From NCBI GenBank assembly GCA_013265495.1, contig PNXW01005189.1, positions 62,001-126,000 on the forward strand: a stretch of DNA of 64,000 nt. The letters are read 5' to 3'. The notes under the pieces are model-generated. The model saw only the letters and a list, made by a program, of their open reading frames with translations. It did no database searches and had not been told where the DNA came from. This document shows, one piece after another, positions 49,600-62,322 of this stretch. Within the stretch, counting starts at the first letter, position 1. Each line of letters opens with the position of its first letter. The position numbers were made by a program, and so were the translations under genes. This DNA is from Vicugna vicugna (Eukaryota).

Positions 49600-51140
49600 C
49601 TGTTACATTATTTTTTGTGCCTCAGTTTCCTCATTTATAAAGTTAGGAGGGTCAGATTCTATGCTCTCTGGAACTCCATGGAGCCGTTTATCAAGAGTCT
49701 ATGGTTCTAGGATGAGGCAGGCTTGCTAAAATATAGCTCTTATTCCTCTATTCCCACACATAATAATTCACTGCATAGTTTCATATTATTTCAGCATAAT
49801 AGTCCCAAACTTGGGTGTTAGATTATTGTGTTCACTTCAGTGATCAGTTTAATATAAGTTAAAATATGCCAAGTCCTAAAAGCCCTTCTTAAATCATCTA
49901 GACAGAGATAAATGCTCATAGCTGAGGCAAACCACATATTTTTCCCCTCTGTGTTGTTTGCACTTCGGTGGTACATACAGCCAAGAAGATGGGCTGTGGA
50001 TTCTGAGGTCAGGCTGTCTATACTGAAGCCTTTTCTCCATAACTCATCAGCAAAGATTTAATCTAATGAACAAAATACACCTCAGTTGCAGAATTAGAGT
50101 AAAGACTAAATATAGAGGAAGTAAAATATTTAGAACAGTTCTTGGCACATCACAAGTCTGTAGTCAGTGTTTGCATCTATGAATTTGCAGTCTTTAGGGT
50201 GAGCACATTTTTCAGTGACCCATTCAGTATTCTGTCATTCTTATTTTTACTGTATAGAGAAATCTTCTAGGTGGATTGAATAATATTAAAGTAGCCACTT
50301 AATACGTGGACCACAGGTCCATCTTCACCTTGCTGACCATGTTAAATTGTTGGGGATACTATACGTACTGAAAACTGAAACCAAGCTCCTTAGCTCCTGA
50401 CTCTGTGCTTACTTCTTCTCGACAGCGAGGAGCTCATGTATCTGTTGGCTTCTCAACTCCACATTTTTCAACGGCACACAAAGCATACTTCCATAATAAT
50501 AAATTATAGCTACTATGGTAACTCCCAGTTGGCCTGAGTTCTCTGTTGAGAAGTCTTGCCACGTTCTTCACTTTCTCTGAGCATCCATGTCTGAAGAGCG
50601 AGGATATTTTTCTTCTCTTGGGACACTGGTTATGAAAGTGGGGCTACTGGTGGCTCCTTGTTTCATGCCTGCGAAGCAGTTGAATGGAAATAGAAAGAAA
50701 TGCCTTCAGTTTCACTTAATCCTTCCAGCAACCCTACAATTAGCAGCCAATGTCCCCTATGTTATAGGTGAGAAGACCGGGACCCAAGCAAGATGAAATA
50801 ATGTATTAAGGTCGCTTGGCTGGAAGGCGGAAGAGCTTTGATTGTGATTTTTCTCCTTTTCTTCAAAGCCAAGGGTCTTCACAGACACTCAGCCTCTGTG
50901 GTATGGCATTGATGTTACGGAGTTGGATATGGGGGACAAATGTTAGGTTCAATTCTGCATGTCAGGACACCATGTAGAATTTTGTGCTCATATATGTGGT
51001 ATTTTTATCAAATCACATCATACTTAACTAAATAATCATATTTATTCTGAGGCTCAGTTTCCTTTCTTATAAAATGAGGGTACTTTTCTATTATAGTAAC
51101 AATGTCTAAGTGTCATATAAAATCATGTGAAAACTTGTGT
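49600..51140. mobile_element. Cluster of separate MIR/MIR3 fragments (near 49600, 49990, 50730, 51030)
   Basis: Repeated MIR core phrases such as 'gtgcctcagtttcctcatttataaa' and 'ggctcagtttcctttcttataaaatgagg'. The interval also contains non-MIR DNA. Confidence 0.55.
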
Positions 51141-53207
51141 ATGTTTTTTAAGACTCTACCTTATATAGTTATCTAGCACCCTAAGATTTATAAAGATCAT
51201 TGTGCCTTCTTAACTTCTTTATTAAGTATGTACCCATTCCTCTAATTCAGGAGCAGACCGGGGACAAGTGTTTTTTTAAAGAGTCTATGGCTCCCTAAAA
51301 AATTGATGACTAAAACATCTCTCAAGTTACAGCCTGAATGTTTTGATCAGAAAAACAATGGCTGCTCTTTGAGTTAGACTTTCAATGCTACAGTGACGTC
51401 TGCAATGGAGGATTGATGAATTTCTTCTGTCTAAGAAGCATGTGCCTTAAATCTCTGGCTATCTTTAAGCAAGAACCTCATGCAGTTCATCCCAGGAATG
51501 GAAGGGCCCCATGCCACCGTCTTGATGCCAGCATGAGGGGAGGGGCCGTCCCACTCGGCACCTGCTAAGACCTGCTCCCGAGGCATCCATCCTTCCACAG
51601 CACACAAACTGAAGCCCAGTTTCTTTGGGGATATACTGTCTGTTGAAATGACTTCCCCACCACGCCTCATCATTGTCAACATGATCAGAGAGCCGAGAAC
51701 ATGTCATGCTCAACTCTGCTCTTGGAGGCGGAGCAGATGTATGAAATCATACATCTTCCTTCTCTTCTGAGTCTAAGGAGGATGGGCGATGGTACCAAGA
51801 CCCCTCGTGTCTGTTCTCATTGTGATGCTGTGTTGCTGTGGGAAGCCCACCCATTTTGGAGATTTAGAACTTGCTTCCTTATCCTCCGCTGAAACCACAT
51901 TGTTCGACTTTACAAAGATTAATACAGGGCCGTGAGGGTCAGCTGGCTTCAGTCTCTTTGTGTCATAGACAAATGACAGCCCTAAGACCTGAGGTGCTGA
52001 AAAAAAGGCATAAATCTGCTGTGCTGGACGTAAAAACAACCACTTGTTTCCTACTGGTGCTGAGAATGGTGAGTCATCTCTGTTTCCTGATTTTATGCGG
52101 GGTACTCTTTGTGCTTCCTTCCACTTTTAACTTAAAAAAAATATTTATCTATGATAGTCACTCTCTTTTTAGAGATTTGTCAAATTTCTGAATTTGGACA
52201 AGTTGGGGCCGATCCTTCTTCCATGCTTTTAAAAAACATTTTTGATAATGTCCATTCCTCTCCCCACCAAAGCTATATCCATCTTAAATGATGTCCCAGA
52301 AAAAGAAGAAGAAGAAGAAGAAGAAAAGGGCACAATCCAGTGTTATTTGGCATTGCAAAGGTGAGGTAAATTTTAAGGCAAAAAGACTGTCTACAATTTC
52401 CTCGACTTCGTGATATTTACCTATAATATGTCATCCTGACACTTATAACCAGATGAACTGTGGTAAAACAAATAAATAAAAAAGAAATACAGCAGTGCAG
52501 AATAACTTTAGTTACCTGAATCTAACATTAAAGATTGAAAGTAAGATTTAAAGGTATGGAAAAAAAAAAGAAATAAGGATAAGAGAAAGAAGTGAATAAA
52601 ACCGTGTGCAGATGGTTCTCCTTTAAAAGCAGAAGATGAGTAAAATCTCTTTCTAGGCTCTTAAATAATTTAAATTCTATCAAACACATATTTCCCCCTG
52701 TAACAGGTTCACACAGTTTTTGCAACACTGTAAGTCGTTACTTTCTTTGGCTTTTGTTTTTCTTCACTCCCTAAGGATGTTCTCCGACGATTATTTCTTT
52801 CTATCTTTATTTTGCTCCTTTCTATTTTTTTCCAGCCCCCCTCCTGTTCCCTGAGGAAGTGTGCAGCCATAATGCTGAAGTGCCACTAAATGCAATAAGG
52901 CAAAAATCATCGCGGCTTGATGGCACCAGAGTGCCAGCGCTCTGGATAAAGAATTATCCCACTAACGCAGCATGAACCAGCCAAAAGGAGAAAGAAGAAA
53001 ACAATCCACAGACTCATGGCGTATTTATTTTTTATGATCCTAAAAACCTTTATTTAGAAAAGATAAAATGGGAGTCATCCGATGAATACATTTGAAGGCA
53101 GGGATCACACAGGCGATTTGGACCAGTTTTGTGTGCTGATTCTCAGCATTGGGTTTTCTGAGCTGGGAGGGAAGTATATACATTGTCCAGCTATTTAAAC
53201 CTGAAGT

Positions 53208-53659
53208 TAAAAAAAAGAATAAAATAATGCCATTTGCAGCAGCATGGCTGGACCTGGAGATCGTCACTTTAAGTGAAGTGAGCCAGAAAGAGAAAGAAAA
53301 ATACCATGTGATGTCACTTATATGTGGAATCCACAGAAAAGACAAATGAACTTATTTACAAAACAGAAACAGCCTCACAGACATAGAAAACAAACTTCTG
53401 GTTAAGGTCGTGGGGGAAGGGGCTGGGAAGGGATAAATTGGGAGTTCGAGATTTGCAGATACCAACTACTATATATAAGATAGATAAACAAAAAGTTTCT
53501 ACTGTACAGCACGGGGAATTGTATTCAATATCTTGTAGCAATTTATAATGAAAAAGATTATGGAAACAAATACGTGTATGTATATGTGTGACTGAACTAT
53601 TATGCTGTACACCAGAAATTGACACAGCATCGTAAACTGACTCTACTTCAATAAAAAAA
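53208..53659 (+). mobile_element. Artiodactyl-type L1 3' tail
   Basis: ORF 53149-53349 includes the ORF2 end, KNKIMPFAAAWLDLEIVTLSEVSQKEKEKYHVMSLICGI. Ends 'acttcaataaaaaaa'. Confidence 0.92.
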
Positions 53660-55095
53660 GTCTCCTCTGATTTGTCCCTTGTCATAAAAAATCTATGCTT
53701 TAGAATTGAGGTTTTTCAAATTAGAAATTTTAAAAAAGTTAAATGAGCTCTGGGTTTAAGATATAAAGGAGAAAAACATGTTTTCTCTTGAAGTCTCCAT
53801 AACCTATGTTATTGCAAATATTAAATTAAATATATTGTATCTGTTACATACATTTATAAAAACCCAAGCCTTTTCATATTGAGTTTACCCATTAGCTAGG
53901 ACCTTTCCTTGTTACAGACTCATATTACTCTTACCTTCCCCCAAAGCACATCATGCTGATTCAGTCTCTCTTTCTCTCTCTCTTTCCCTCTCTCCCCACC
54001 TCTGTGCTCAAATTCAGATGTGTGATTTCATCACCATGGACGTAGGCAGTGACTGCTATGACATGAATAAATATACTAGGGGAATCCAGATGGATTTGAC
54101 TTGGACATGATTACAATTTTTCTTACTTTCGTTATAAAGTACAGTTATCCTATATTCAAATCCAAATCTTGCTTCTTCAGGTCTTTGGTGGCCATCTAAT
54201 CCTCTTTTGAAATTGTTACATATTTCTGTATAGGGATGAAGATTTCTTGATTTATTCTGAGGTCATCTCCATTCTGTTTAATACGTTTCTCGACTTTGTT
54301 TGGATAACCAGTGAGGAGAATGATGACCATTGTTGCAGGGAAGCTGAGGGCAGCATCGGTGATTCAGACATTTTTGCAGCAAGATTTCAAATTGCAAACC
54401 CAATTCCAGTACTGAGTGCTTCATTTCACAACCAATTGCTAAGAATTCTGCACAAACAAAAGGCCCTTTTTGATTATTTTTACTCGTGAATGTTTTGTTT
54501 AGCTACTAATAGGATTTTAATGACGATATTACCAACTATGATGAGCCATAAGCCTGCAAAGCAGCTCTGTTAGGGGTTTCACTTTTTTTTTTGTCTTACC
54601 GCAATGCTATCTGGATTGCTTTTTGTCCCCATATTTCTAGTACTGTTTTTTTCTTTTGTTGCTTTAAAATCCCAGTTAAGGTGGTGCTGTTTGCAAGCCG
54701 GAATTGCTGAAGAAACATTCATAATGTAAAGAATATTTTCTTAAGGGATTTTTAAAACTCAGTGTTCCATAGTCCTAGAATTCTGAAGATAAGGAGATGC
54801 CTTCCAGGGTCTTTGGTCTGTGTGTTATTTTTCCACAAAGATGTTGCAAGTTAATGGGAGGAAAAGACTAGAAACCACATTGTTACTTACCGTGCTTGTC
54901 TTTTGACACTCATTTTCTAAGCCACAAATTCCCAAGCAATACTTGTGTGGACGATTTTCCATCAACAGTTTTATGACTTATCAGTAGCATGGCGATGACA
55001 TTATCATCATGGCTTCGTTTGTTCCTTCTAATGGATGTTGTTGTCCTGGTCTTTGCCCCATGGGGGAGACCCCATCCTGAGATCTGAGATTATTT

Positions 55096-55426
55096 TTTTT
55101 AATAGACTTTATTCTTTTAGAGCAGTTTCAGGTTCACAGCAGAATTGAGCAGAAAATACAGAGAATTCACATATAGCCCTTCCTACCCACATGTATATAC
55201 ACCTCTACCCTCAACATCCCTCATCAGTGGGGCATATTTGGTACAATTGATGAACCAACATGGACACATTATTATCAACGAAAGTCCATTAGGGCTCACT
55301 CTTGGTGTTGCACATTCTATGGGTTTTGACAAATGCATAATGACATGTAGCCACCACTACAGTATCATACAGAGTAATTTCATTGCCCTAAAAATCCCTT
55401 CTTATCCATCTATTCATTTCTCCCTC
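55096..55426 (-). mobile_element. L1MB1/2-like 3' tail with perfect 20-bp TSD
   Basis: 'tttaatagactttattcttttagagcagtttcaggttcacagc' L1MB tail. TSD cctgagatctgagattattt at 55076-55095 and 55427-55446. Confidence 0.9.
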
Positions 55427-55494
55427 CCTGAGATCTGAGATTATTTGAGTCAGGAGGAAAGGAACATTTTAGAACAGAACTTTGTGACATACAT

Positions 55495-55497
<3 letters not shown>

Positions 55498-55538
<41 letters not shown>
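55498..55538. repeat. (TG)n microsatellite
   Basis: Directly visible uninterrupted TG run. Confidence 0.97.
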
Positions 55539-55540
<2 letters not shown>

Positions 55541-55647
55541 ATTCAGATATATTTAAATTGACATGCCAACAAAAGGTACTTACTAGCTATATGACATGGA
55601 ATAAATAGTTTTTACTTTACTGAATTTAATTTTCTTCCTTTCATTTC

Positions 55648-56110
55648 TATATCAGTCAGGCTTACCAGTATAACAAATACCCACCAAATTCAGTCATTGT
55701 AAACAAACTAACAAAAAAGCAAACAAAAGACAAGCTTATTGTTCACTTATGTTACTTTCTGATGTGTGTTTCTGCTCAAATGACTGTGTTGGGGGGCACC
55801 CTCCTCCAGGAATCTATTCCAGGACTGAAACTCCAAATTCCCACAAGAGACTTGGGCTCCATCACAGGATTCTCCGTATCTGGGAAGAAATGAATGTGAA
55901 AAGAGAACGTGGAGTATTGCAAAGAAGGTATTTTAGAGGCCAGTGCTGAAAGCGTAAATCAGATCCACCCACATTTCTTTGACTAGACTTCAGTCCAGTG
56001 GCAGGGTTGGCCCTGCCCAATATAAGGACAGCCAGAACACTGGTCCAGTTGTATGACCAGGGGGTGGTGTGTACAGGATTTGAAGAACACGTAGCCTTAT
56101 CTCTGTCAAA
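55648..56110 (-). mobile_element. Old MaLR MLT1(I/J/K)-like LTR
   Basis: 'tatatcagtcagg...taacaaatacccaccaaatt' start and 'acccacatttctttgactagacttcagtcc'. Confidence 0.5.
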
Positions 56111-56379
56111 TAAGAAGATGCCATAGCACCCATCTCTCAGATCTGTTGTGGGTGTAAGAGGAGGCAGCACATATAAAATAATGTCTGATATGTGATGAAC
56201 AGCTGATCATCATGCGGAAAAGCAAATAAACAAAATTAAAATATATAGAGGTAAAGCAATGACTCCAAATAGAGATGAGGAGGCAGATTACTATGGGAAT
56301 TTAGAGGCACGGACGCCATTATTTGCTGTAAGGGTCAACTTGACCCCCTTAATCTTGGACACCTCAAGCTCTCTCTCCA

Positions 56380-58400
56380 GTGATTCACTCTCCACGTCCC
56401 ATGTTCTCCTTTGCGGATCTCATCACTTTCCATAGCTTCTGTTAGCACAAATATACCAGTTTTATAGAATCAGCCCCCTCTTCTTTGATTTCTCTCCATG
56501 AGCATATTTAAACCCTCAGTGGAACTCTTCACATTTTATAAAGCACAGACTGAACTCATCACTCCTGCTTTGCCCACATTCAAGTTCACGCTCATTTCTA
56601 CACCTCCCTCTCCCACGGTCATGTTTGCCCTTCTGTGTCCTTCACACCCTGTCATCTCGCTCCCTCTTAACCTTATATAAGCAACCACTGCGTCTTGACC
56701 AGCTTATTTCCTAAATCTTGCTCCATTCCTTTCTTTCCATCCCACTGACACTAGGTGAGGCTCAACCATCGCTAACCCAGATTACTTACTCTATGAGTTC
56801 TCCGTCCTTGGCCTTGCCCCATCACACCATTCTCTTCAGAAAAGCTTTTATTTTTATTACTATTTGCTTGGGGAGAAATACGTCTCTAAGCACTGACTCC
56901 ACTGTTGCAAAACTTTCAATGACTTCCATTTTTATTAAGAGAGCATAGGTGCCTCGACATAACTTAGAATACCTTAAACCACATCCACTCTGCCCTTCTA
57001 GCTTTTTCTCTTGCCCTTCTTCCTCTCTACAGCAGCCACACTAAACGCCTGTCCGTTCTGCTTATGAGTAACAGACCCTCCCTTCTCTAGAACTTAGGTC
57101 ATGTGATCCCATCTGCTGATATAGTGTTTCATCTCATCCACTTGTGGTATGATTATTTATAATAGGAAATATATATTTGGTTTTTGTCCCCAGTTCCTGG
57201 CTCACAGGTCTTGGAATTTCCTGAGGAATAAAATCAATGTGAGCATCTTTTTTCATAATGTTTGGTGTCTTGGCCTCAGTTCCTAAAGTTGCTTCAGAGC
57301 CATAAAGGTGAATTTGGAGTCTTGGTATTCATAAGGAGCCCCTTTCTACCACATGAGTTTATGGGTTGATAGGTTTATGTCATTGAAGTGACTTGGAAAA
57401 TACCCAAGGATGGGACCTGGTTGCCTGAAGAACCACGTGATTAGAGGTTTGGAGCTTTCAGTCCCACCCCAGACCTCCTCGGAGGGAAGAAGGGATGGAG
57501 ATTGTGCTCAATCATCAACGACCAATGATTTAATCAATTGTGCCTATGTGATAAAACCTCCATCAGAACCCCAAAAGACAAGGTTCAGAGAGCTTCTGGG
57601 TTGGTGAACATGTGGAGATTTGGGGAAAGCAGTACCCTCAGACAGCATGGGGTCTCCATGCCACTTCCCCAAAACCTTGTCCTGTGCATCTCTTCCATTG
57701 GGCTCCTTGTGAGTTATACTTTTTTTTATAATAAACCAGTAATCTAGTGAATAAACTGGTTCTCAGAGTTCTATGAGCGGCTGTAGGAAATCAAGTAAAT
57801 GCAAGGAGGTATGGTTGGGAACTTCAATCTATCGCTGGTCGGTCAGTCAGTAGCATAGGTAAAAAACTGGGTTTGTGATTGTCATGTGAGCGGAGGGCAG
57901 CCTTGTAGGACTGAGCCCTTAACCTGTGAAATTTGATGCTATCTCTGGGTCGATAGTTCCAAAACTTAGTTGAATTGCAGCTGGGTTCAAAGAATTGCTT
58001 CTTGATGTGGGGGGAATCCCAGCCCCCTCACACACTGAAACTGGATGCTCGGAAACCTTACCACCCATCCCCTCAAGTAATGAAAGAAGAAATCCAGCTG
58101 TTGCCAACTCATTCTCTAGAACTCTCTTACATGTCTTCTCTTCCAGGGAATATTGTGATCCAATGTCAGTCCCACATTCTTGGTTAAGTATCTAAGTGCT
58201 CCATCTTTACCCTTAGGTAATGATTCATTTATTTTTGTTTCTCTGCTTTTCAAACTATATGGTTGTCTACCCCAGCTTGATGGTAAGATCCAGGAGAATA
58301 GGACTGGGGATGGTATTTTTCATCCTTCTGTCCTCAGAAGCTAGTCTGGTAGAATAAGACTTCAGGCATATTTTCAATAATCACGGATGGCTTCAAGAAT
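56380..58400 (+). mobile_element. Decayed L2 fragments, split by the MER21-like LTR
   Basis: Pyrimidine-rich L2 phrases ('cagactgaactcatca', 'actccactgttgcaaaactttcaatgacttcc') and an L2 tail near 58270-58390. Confidence 0.5.
57143..58050 (+). mobile_element. MER21-like (ERVL) LTR
   Basis: 'tgtggtatgattatttataataggaaatatatatttggtttttgtccccagttcctggc', 'accaatgatttaatcaat', AATAAA near 57730, and 'tgtaggactgagcccttaacctgtg'. Confidence 0.8.
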
Positions 58401-58556
58401 TCTTTGTCATTTGAACTGAGCCTTGAAAGAAAGAGGATTATGAAAACTAAAGCAAAGGGTTAGAGAATGACATTTTCTCACGAGAGAAAGGCATGGACAT
58501 AGTCCTGGAGGCAGACACGTGCAGATTGAGTTGTGGACAATAAAACTCAGTGTGGC

Positions 58557-59078
58557 TGTAACAGAGCCCAAACTTGTTCTGCTCACTGCACAACAGGCCA
58601 ATAAATTGGGAGATGAGGTGTTGGGGCAAGGAATAACAACTTTATTCGGAAAGCTGGCAGACTGAGAAGATGGCAGACTAATGTCCTGGAGAACCGTCTT
58701 CCCCAAGCCAGAATTCAGGCTCCTTTTATACTAAGATGGGGAGGGGGGATGTTGGTTGTTGCAAACTTCTTGATGTCAGAATCCTTTGTTCTTGTAGCTT
58801 TCCACATAGGTCAGGTCATGGTGCCCCTCCGTGTAAAGCTACAACAAGACAAGTGTTATTTTCTATCCTACAACTTTTTATCTTTCTATGAATGGGAAAA
58901 TGTTAAACTCTTAAAGGTCAGAGCTTTGAGAATGGGCTACTTTGTTTATTTCAGGCATAGGCAACATCCTTTTACAAAAGGTGCAGAGCCAGCATGACTA
59001 AGCACAGGAAACAGAGCACAGGGTTAGAGCTAAAGGGACAGATCTGATAGGGAGTCAGATGTGTTCTTCCCTGTTGCA
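58557..59078 (-). mobile_element. ERV1 solo LTR (LTR39/MER34-like)
   Basis: TG...CA ends. Minus-strand TATAAAA (58730-58724) and AATAAA (58646-58641). Near-TSD tggc/tgac. Confidence 0.85.
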
Positions 59079-60348
59079 TGACCATCTGTGGACCCTGATA
59101 AAGATCCTAAGGGAGGAAGTAACAATTGCTTTGTTACTGTCACAACTGTGTTCTCTTGTACAGGAAAGAGGTTTACTCTACGAGTTATTCCTTTAGACAA
59201 AAAAACAATATCCATACTTCTAGAGAAACAGCTTTGGGCTCAGCTTCTACTGGCTGGATGTGCCAGAGGAGGTGGCCCAGGAGCAGTTGGATTCCACTAG
59301 GAATCCCTTAGCCGGTAACCTTCCTTCCCCTTAACCAACATGCATGGGTTCTTCTTACTCTCCAGTCGCATCAGCCTCTCTGTGCACAATCTTGAGCTCT
59401 GACGGAAAGAGCAAGAGCCTGACAGCTGAGGCTTCACGGCTCAACTTTCTCCAGCAGCTGAGCATGATCAGCTTCGCAGCAGCATATGGTGGTCTCTTCT
59501 CCGGATATTCCATTGTGGTAGCAGCTGGGAAATTATCAGTTTGGGGAAATTAGTATTGAAAGGTGGGGCATGGTCAACACAGCTCAGGGGACAGATGTGT
59601 TCTTTGTTTTCCCCTCGTCTTTACTTCGATGCATTTTACATGTTTTATTATTATAGAGAAAATTGTCTTTTGTTTGCAAACCACTAATGTTAGTGACTCC
59701 TTAAAAAAGATGCCTATTGACCTATAACCCATCCTTTTCTTCAGACGTACTACAATACGAGTGCGCACTTGTATGATACATGCATAGTAGCTTGACTGCA
59801 TCATAAATTCTCCTGATTTCACAGGAGCAAGAGGAGTATCAGAACAGGGATAATAAACTGTCTTTGGGCTAGCCTTAATTACTAAGGCAGTGTCCTGGTT
59901 ACAGGAGCGAGCAAGTACAGGGGTCCGTCTGTGATGAAGACACCAGGGGACATTTTTTATTAAGAAACCTGAGAATGTCTTTCATAGCATAAACAACAGA
60001 ATTACAGTGCCTTCTGTGTTATAAACCACCATTGCTCTCCAAATTCCTACTATTTTCTCTTAAGAATTCATCATTCATATGTTTATTAATTATTCTTGAC
60101 ATTATTCACATTTCAGATTATTTCAGATAATGCAGTTTTATTTTATTCTGTGGAATTTCCAGAATTGAGTGAACAATCTATATTCTTTCCCCTTCCTAGA
60201 TGTTTTGATATGGATTCTATGCTCTTTAGGAATTAATGTAACCCTTGTGGGTTATTCCACTCATTCCATGCATTCTCATGCACAAGTCATATGTTGGCCA
60301 TTTGACTGAGTTACCCTGGCATAACTGTAGAACTAGAAGATGTGATAA

Positions 60349-60855
60349 TGTTACCGAGCCCAAGCTTGTACTGTACATCACATAGACCAATAGATCAAGA
60401 GATGAGTTGCTGGGGCAAGGAATAGCAACTTTATTTAGAAAGTGAGCAGCATGAGAAGATGGTGGACTAGTGTCCCATAGAACCATCTTGCCTGGGTTTG
60501 GATGCTAGTTTCTTTTCTAGGACAGAGCAGATGAGGTAAGGAGGTAAAGTAAATAAGGTGATAAATTGTTGCAAATATTTCCTGGTTCCAGCCAGACTCC
60601 AGTGGGGATGTGTACATTTCCTGCAGCCATTTATAGGTGGGCCTGGTCAAGATGTTTCCTGTGTGCTAAACAAAGTTATTTCAGCTTAAGCTTAGGCATC
60701 GGAGGCAGGGTTCCAGGAGATGGGCCATTTTGTGTACTTTAAGCTATAGGCAACATCCCTTTAGTGATTAACTTGTAGCAAAAGCAATAGACTTCAAAGG
60801 ATAATGTAAAAGAAACAGATCCAATATGGAGTCAGATTTGTTCTTCCCTGTTGCA
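60349..60855 (-). mobile_element. ERV1 solo LTR, related family to 58557-59078
   Basis: Shared termini 'tgttaccgagcccaa...' and '...gttcttccctgttgca'. Minus-strand AATAAA at 60435-60430. Near-TSD ataa/agaa. Confidence 0.85.
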
Positions 60856-61959
60856 AGAAGATCATGACCATTTTCCTCTAACTGTCCAGGAGAGAGGGGG
60901 ACAAAACTGTTGAAAGCTTGACAGACCTCTGTCATCATTTAGGAATTGAGACATGCTTTCATTCAAAAGTAAAATAAAATTGTATTTGGGTATCCATAGT
61001 GTGATAACCACCATTTTAAATCTATATGGAAAAGAGAAATGATGAGGACTTTGTGATCATTCTGACATAATTCAAATCATAATGACGCCTTAATGAAGTG
61101 CAAACATAATATACTATGCCCGTTTCCAACTTCACCGGCATCCCTGAACAGCACACACGTGATGGGGTGATATACTCTAGTTCTGCAGTAATCCAATTAT
61201 GAGGTAAACAACAGGGGTCAAATGCATGTTTCAAAATTCTAAGACACCATACTTTTTTGCAAGAGTGATAAATATGAGGACTACTCTGGTAGTAGTTCCA
61301 TCTTAAACCCCAGGAGTGCAGTGTTTCTTGAATTTTCTTACATTAGGAGCCTTTTTGAGTATTTGATGGAAGTTGAAGCCCCTCCAGCTGTCCAGAGAAG
61401 TTCAAGCAAAGGTTTTGGGAAAAAAAAAAAAAACGCAAAAGGAGGTTAATTCATAGCCTCCCTGGCTACACACCACACACCTTAGGAGTTTCTATTGAGA
61501 CAGACACAATGCAAAGGGCACCCCCTGGAGGTGTGCAGCGAAAGAGCAGTTCATGGTTATCCAAGTCCCACCTTTCGACATTCTAGGAATCCTCAGTAAA
61601 AATTCCTGAGGGAAGTCTTTCTGCCTTGGTCACAATTCCCTGGGTCAGGACAGATCCAGGGAAGAGGTGTTACCATTTCCTTTCCCAGAGCATCTTGCTT
61701 CCTCTGTAGCAACCTTTTCTTCTTACCAGAAACCCTTCCCGAGCATCCCTGCTTACTCCTGTTCTCCCATTCCTTCAGCATCAGAACGTGCAAGTTCTGA
61801 TCATTTTGTGTTGCTGAGAATTTAGGACCTGTCTCAGACATCTTAAACATTTTTTCTTTGTTGCTCTAATGTATAAAACCAGTCTCCGTTATCTGAGCAG
61901 GCAGGCAAAGTGGAGACCAGGGCTATCAGCGTGGTTGTTAGGTTTTGCATCATACCCCT

Positions 61960-62322
61960 TATCTTCGTGCATTCTGGATGTTCTGACAGAGCACCACGGA
62001 CAAGGTGGCTTATAAGCAACAGAAATGTATTCCACATAGGTCTTCAGGCTGGGAAGTCCAAGATCAAGGCACAGGCACCTTTGATATCCTGTGAGGACTT
62101 GATTCCTGGTTGACAGACAGCCATTTTATTGCAATGTCTTCCCGTGGTGGAAGGGGATTTAGGGAATTCTGTTTTTTTATAAAACAACTCATCCTATTCA
62201 TAAGGGCTCCACTCCCATGAGCTAATCACCTTCCAAAGCCCTCACCTCCAAGTAGCATCACATTGAGGATTAAGTTGCAATTTACACATTTTTTTTTGAA
62301 GGGGAACAGCCATTCAGCACAC
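61960..62322 (-). mobile_element. MaLR MLT1A-like solo LTR
   Basis: 'ggtggcttataagcaacagaaatgtatt...aggctgggaagtccaagatcaagg...cctattcataagggctccactcccatgagctaatcacc'. Confidence 0.85.

Noticed and set aside
59344..59553. Plus-strand 69-aa ORF (MGSSYSPVAS...) as a membrane protein
   Set aside because: No recognisable homology. It is the antisense mirror of the minus-strand candidate, which has better splice and Kozak context.
58557..60855. Two related LTRs as the 5' and 3' LTRs of one deleted provirus
   Set aside because: Each LTR has its own near-matching 4-bp TSD (tggc/tgac and ataa/agaa), their middles differ substantially, and I found no PBS, PPT or gag/pol remnant between them.
61038..61147. 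C/D box snoRNA (ATGATGA ... CTGA)
   Set aside because: No terminal stem and no recognisable rRNA or snRNA antisense element. These boxes are common by chance.
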